A stretch of DNA of 64,000 nt, from the NCBI GenBank assembly GCA_965215335.1, contig CBDCDA010000002.1:192001-256000 (forward strand), given 5' to 3'. The notes beneath the pieces were generated by a model. That model was given only the letters and a program-made list of their open reading frames with translations. It had not been told where the DNA came from and did no database searches. A program made the translations under genes and the position numbers. Of the stretch, positions 62,859 through 64,000 are shown piece by piece. The stretch is from an uncultured Candidatus Entotheonella sp. (lineage in GTDB: Bacteria; Tectomicrobia; Entotheonellia; Entotheonellales; Entotheonellaceae). Each line of letters begins with the position of its first letter. Position 1 is the stretch's first letter.

Positions 62859-63983
62859 TTGAAGATCACAGACATCACCGTGAATCAGTTGAAGAGTTTC
62901 TTGCCTAGGGAAGCGACCCCCTCCGTTGGCGTCGGTGGCCGGTTGATCGTGCGTGTGTACACCGACGAGGGCATCGTGGGCATCGCCGAAGGCTCCCGCA
63001 ACCTGAGCGTGTTCCGAGCCTATGTCGACGACCTCATCAAGCCGCTGCTGGTTGGCGTCAGTCCCTTGCAGCCCAAGCGCATCTGGGAACTGCTGGCGCA
63101 GGGCAGCGGCCAGCACGCGACGCGGTTTCCGCCGCAGGTCGTCGGCGCTATCGACATTTGCTGCTGGGACATCCTGGGAAAGGCGGCCGGGCTTCCCGTG
63201 CACACGCTGCTCGGTGGCCTCAAGCGGCGGGAAATTCCCTTGTACTGGAGTCGCGGCAACGGCTGGAAGAAAGCGCCCGGCGCCATGCTTCAGGAAGTGC
63301 AGGAGGGGTTTGAAAAGGGCTTCCGGGCCTTCAAGGTGCGCATGGATTGGCGGGATTACCGGCAGGACGGCAACCCGATGAAGGACTTCGCTATTTTTCG
63401 TACCTGCAGGGAGTGGCTGCCCGACGACGTGCCCTTGGGCTTCGACGCCAACAACGGCTATTCTGTATGCACGGCGATTGAGCAGGGTCGCCGACTGGAG
63501 TCGTTTGGCGTGGCGCACTTCGAGGAGCCGCTGCCACAATATGATCTGCGCGGCCTGCGGCAGGTGGCGGACGCGCTGGACTGCGCCGTTTCCACCGGTG
63601 AGCAGGAGACCTCGTCGTGGCGCTTCCGGGACCTGATGGACTTGGCGAATCCGGACATCCTGCAGCCGGACATTCTGAACGTCGGTGGCCTCACCGAAAT
63701 GCTGCGGGTGTACGACATGGCGGTGACCAGCAACAAGGTCATCATGCCGCACAGTCCCAGCGTCGGCGTCAACTCGGTGGCCAGCCTGCACGCCTATGGC
63801 ACCATCACCAACGCCGTCAGGCCGCACGAGTACTCAGAGGAATTCACCGGCCCTGCCGAGCGCGTAGCGGAAATCTTCGTGGACCCGATCGTTCCCGAAA
63901 ACGGCATCATCAAACTGCCGAACCGGCCCGGCTTCGGGCTGGAGTTTGACGACAAGGCGCTGGAAAAGGCGATTATTGCCTGA
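62859..63983 (+). CDS. Mandelate racemase/muconate lactonizing enzyme family
   Basis: GAGGTGA RBS plus TTG; GAIDICCWDILGK, FKVR, FDANNG, FEEP, TGEQE, LQPDI, PNRPGFG. Confidence 0.9.
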   Translation: MKITDITVNQLKSFLPREATPSVGVGGRLIVRVYTDEGIVGIAEGSRNLSVFRAYVDDLIKPLLVGVSPLQPKRIWELLAQGSGQHATRFPPQVVGAIDICCWDILGKAAGLPVHTLLGGLKRREIPLYWSRGNGWKKAPGAMLQEVQEGFEKGFRAFKVRMDWRDYRQDGNPMKDFAIFRTCREWLPDDVPLGFDANNGYSVCTAIEQGRRLESFGVAHFEEPLPQYDLRGLRQVADALDCAVSTGEQETSSWRFRDLMDLANPDILQPDILNVGGLTEMLRVYDMAVTSNKVIMPHSPSVGVNSVASLHAYGTITNAVRPHEYSEEFTGPAERVAEIFVDPIVPENGIIKLPNRPGFGLEFDDKALEKAIIA

Positions 63984-64000
63984 CGAGACGCCGGATCAGG

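Overview
This is a GC-rich bacterial chromosomal window of about 60 mostly housekeeping and metabolic genes. They include tRNA-Leu(GAG)-secG-tpiA, a LysM lytic transglycosylase, thrC, ino1, RNase E/G, asd, an aldehyde:ferredoxin oxidoreductase, lipA, larE, tmk, uppP, acyl-CoA synthetases and dehydrogenases, and enolase-superfamily enzymes. The main signal that the ORF track misses is UGA recoding. Three genes carry an in-frame TGA exactly at a conserved redox or catalytic Cys position, each followed about 21-23 nt later by a hairpin with an (A/G)GU(U/A)U-type loop, a putative bacterial SECIS. They are a rhodanese-MoeB fusion (29588-30778) and a tandem pair of small thioredoxin-fold genes, an ArsC-like UTTC protein (59796-60143) and a glutaredoxin/NrdH-like UGPC protein (60182-60421). 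The pair converges on a ferredoxin:thioredoxin reductase catalytic subunit, which suggests a selenium-based redox module. Accessory DNA includes an atypical-composition dynamin-like P-loop GTPase with a decayed VapBC pair, two inverted 843-bp IS5-family copies, an IS630 remnant, a ~205-bp nested-inverted-repeat element and several pseudogenes (intradiol dioxygenase, comEA, CoA-transferase, a CxxCH protein). All product calls come from motifs read by eye, and no database searches were run.
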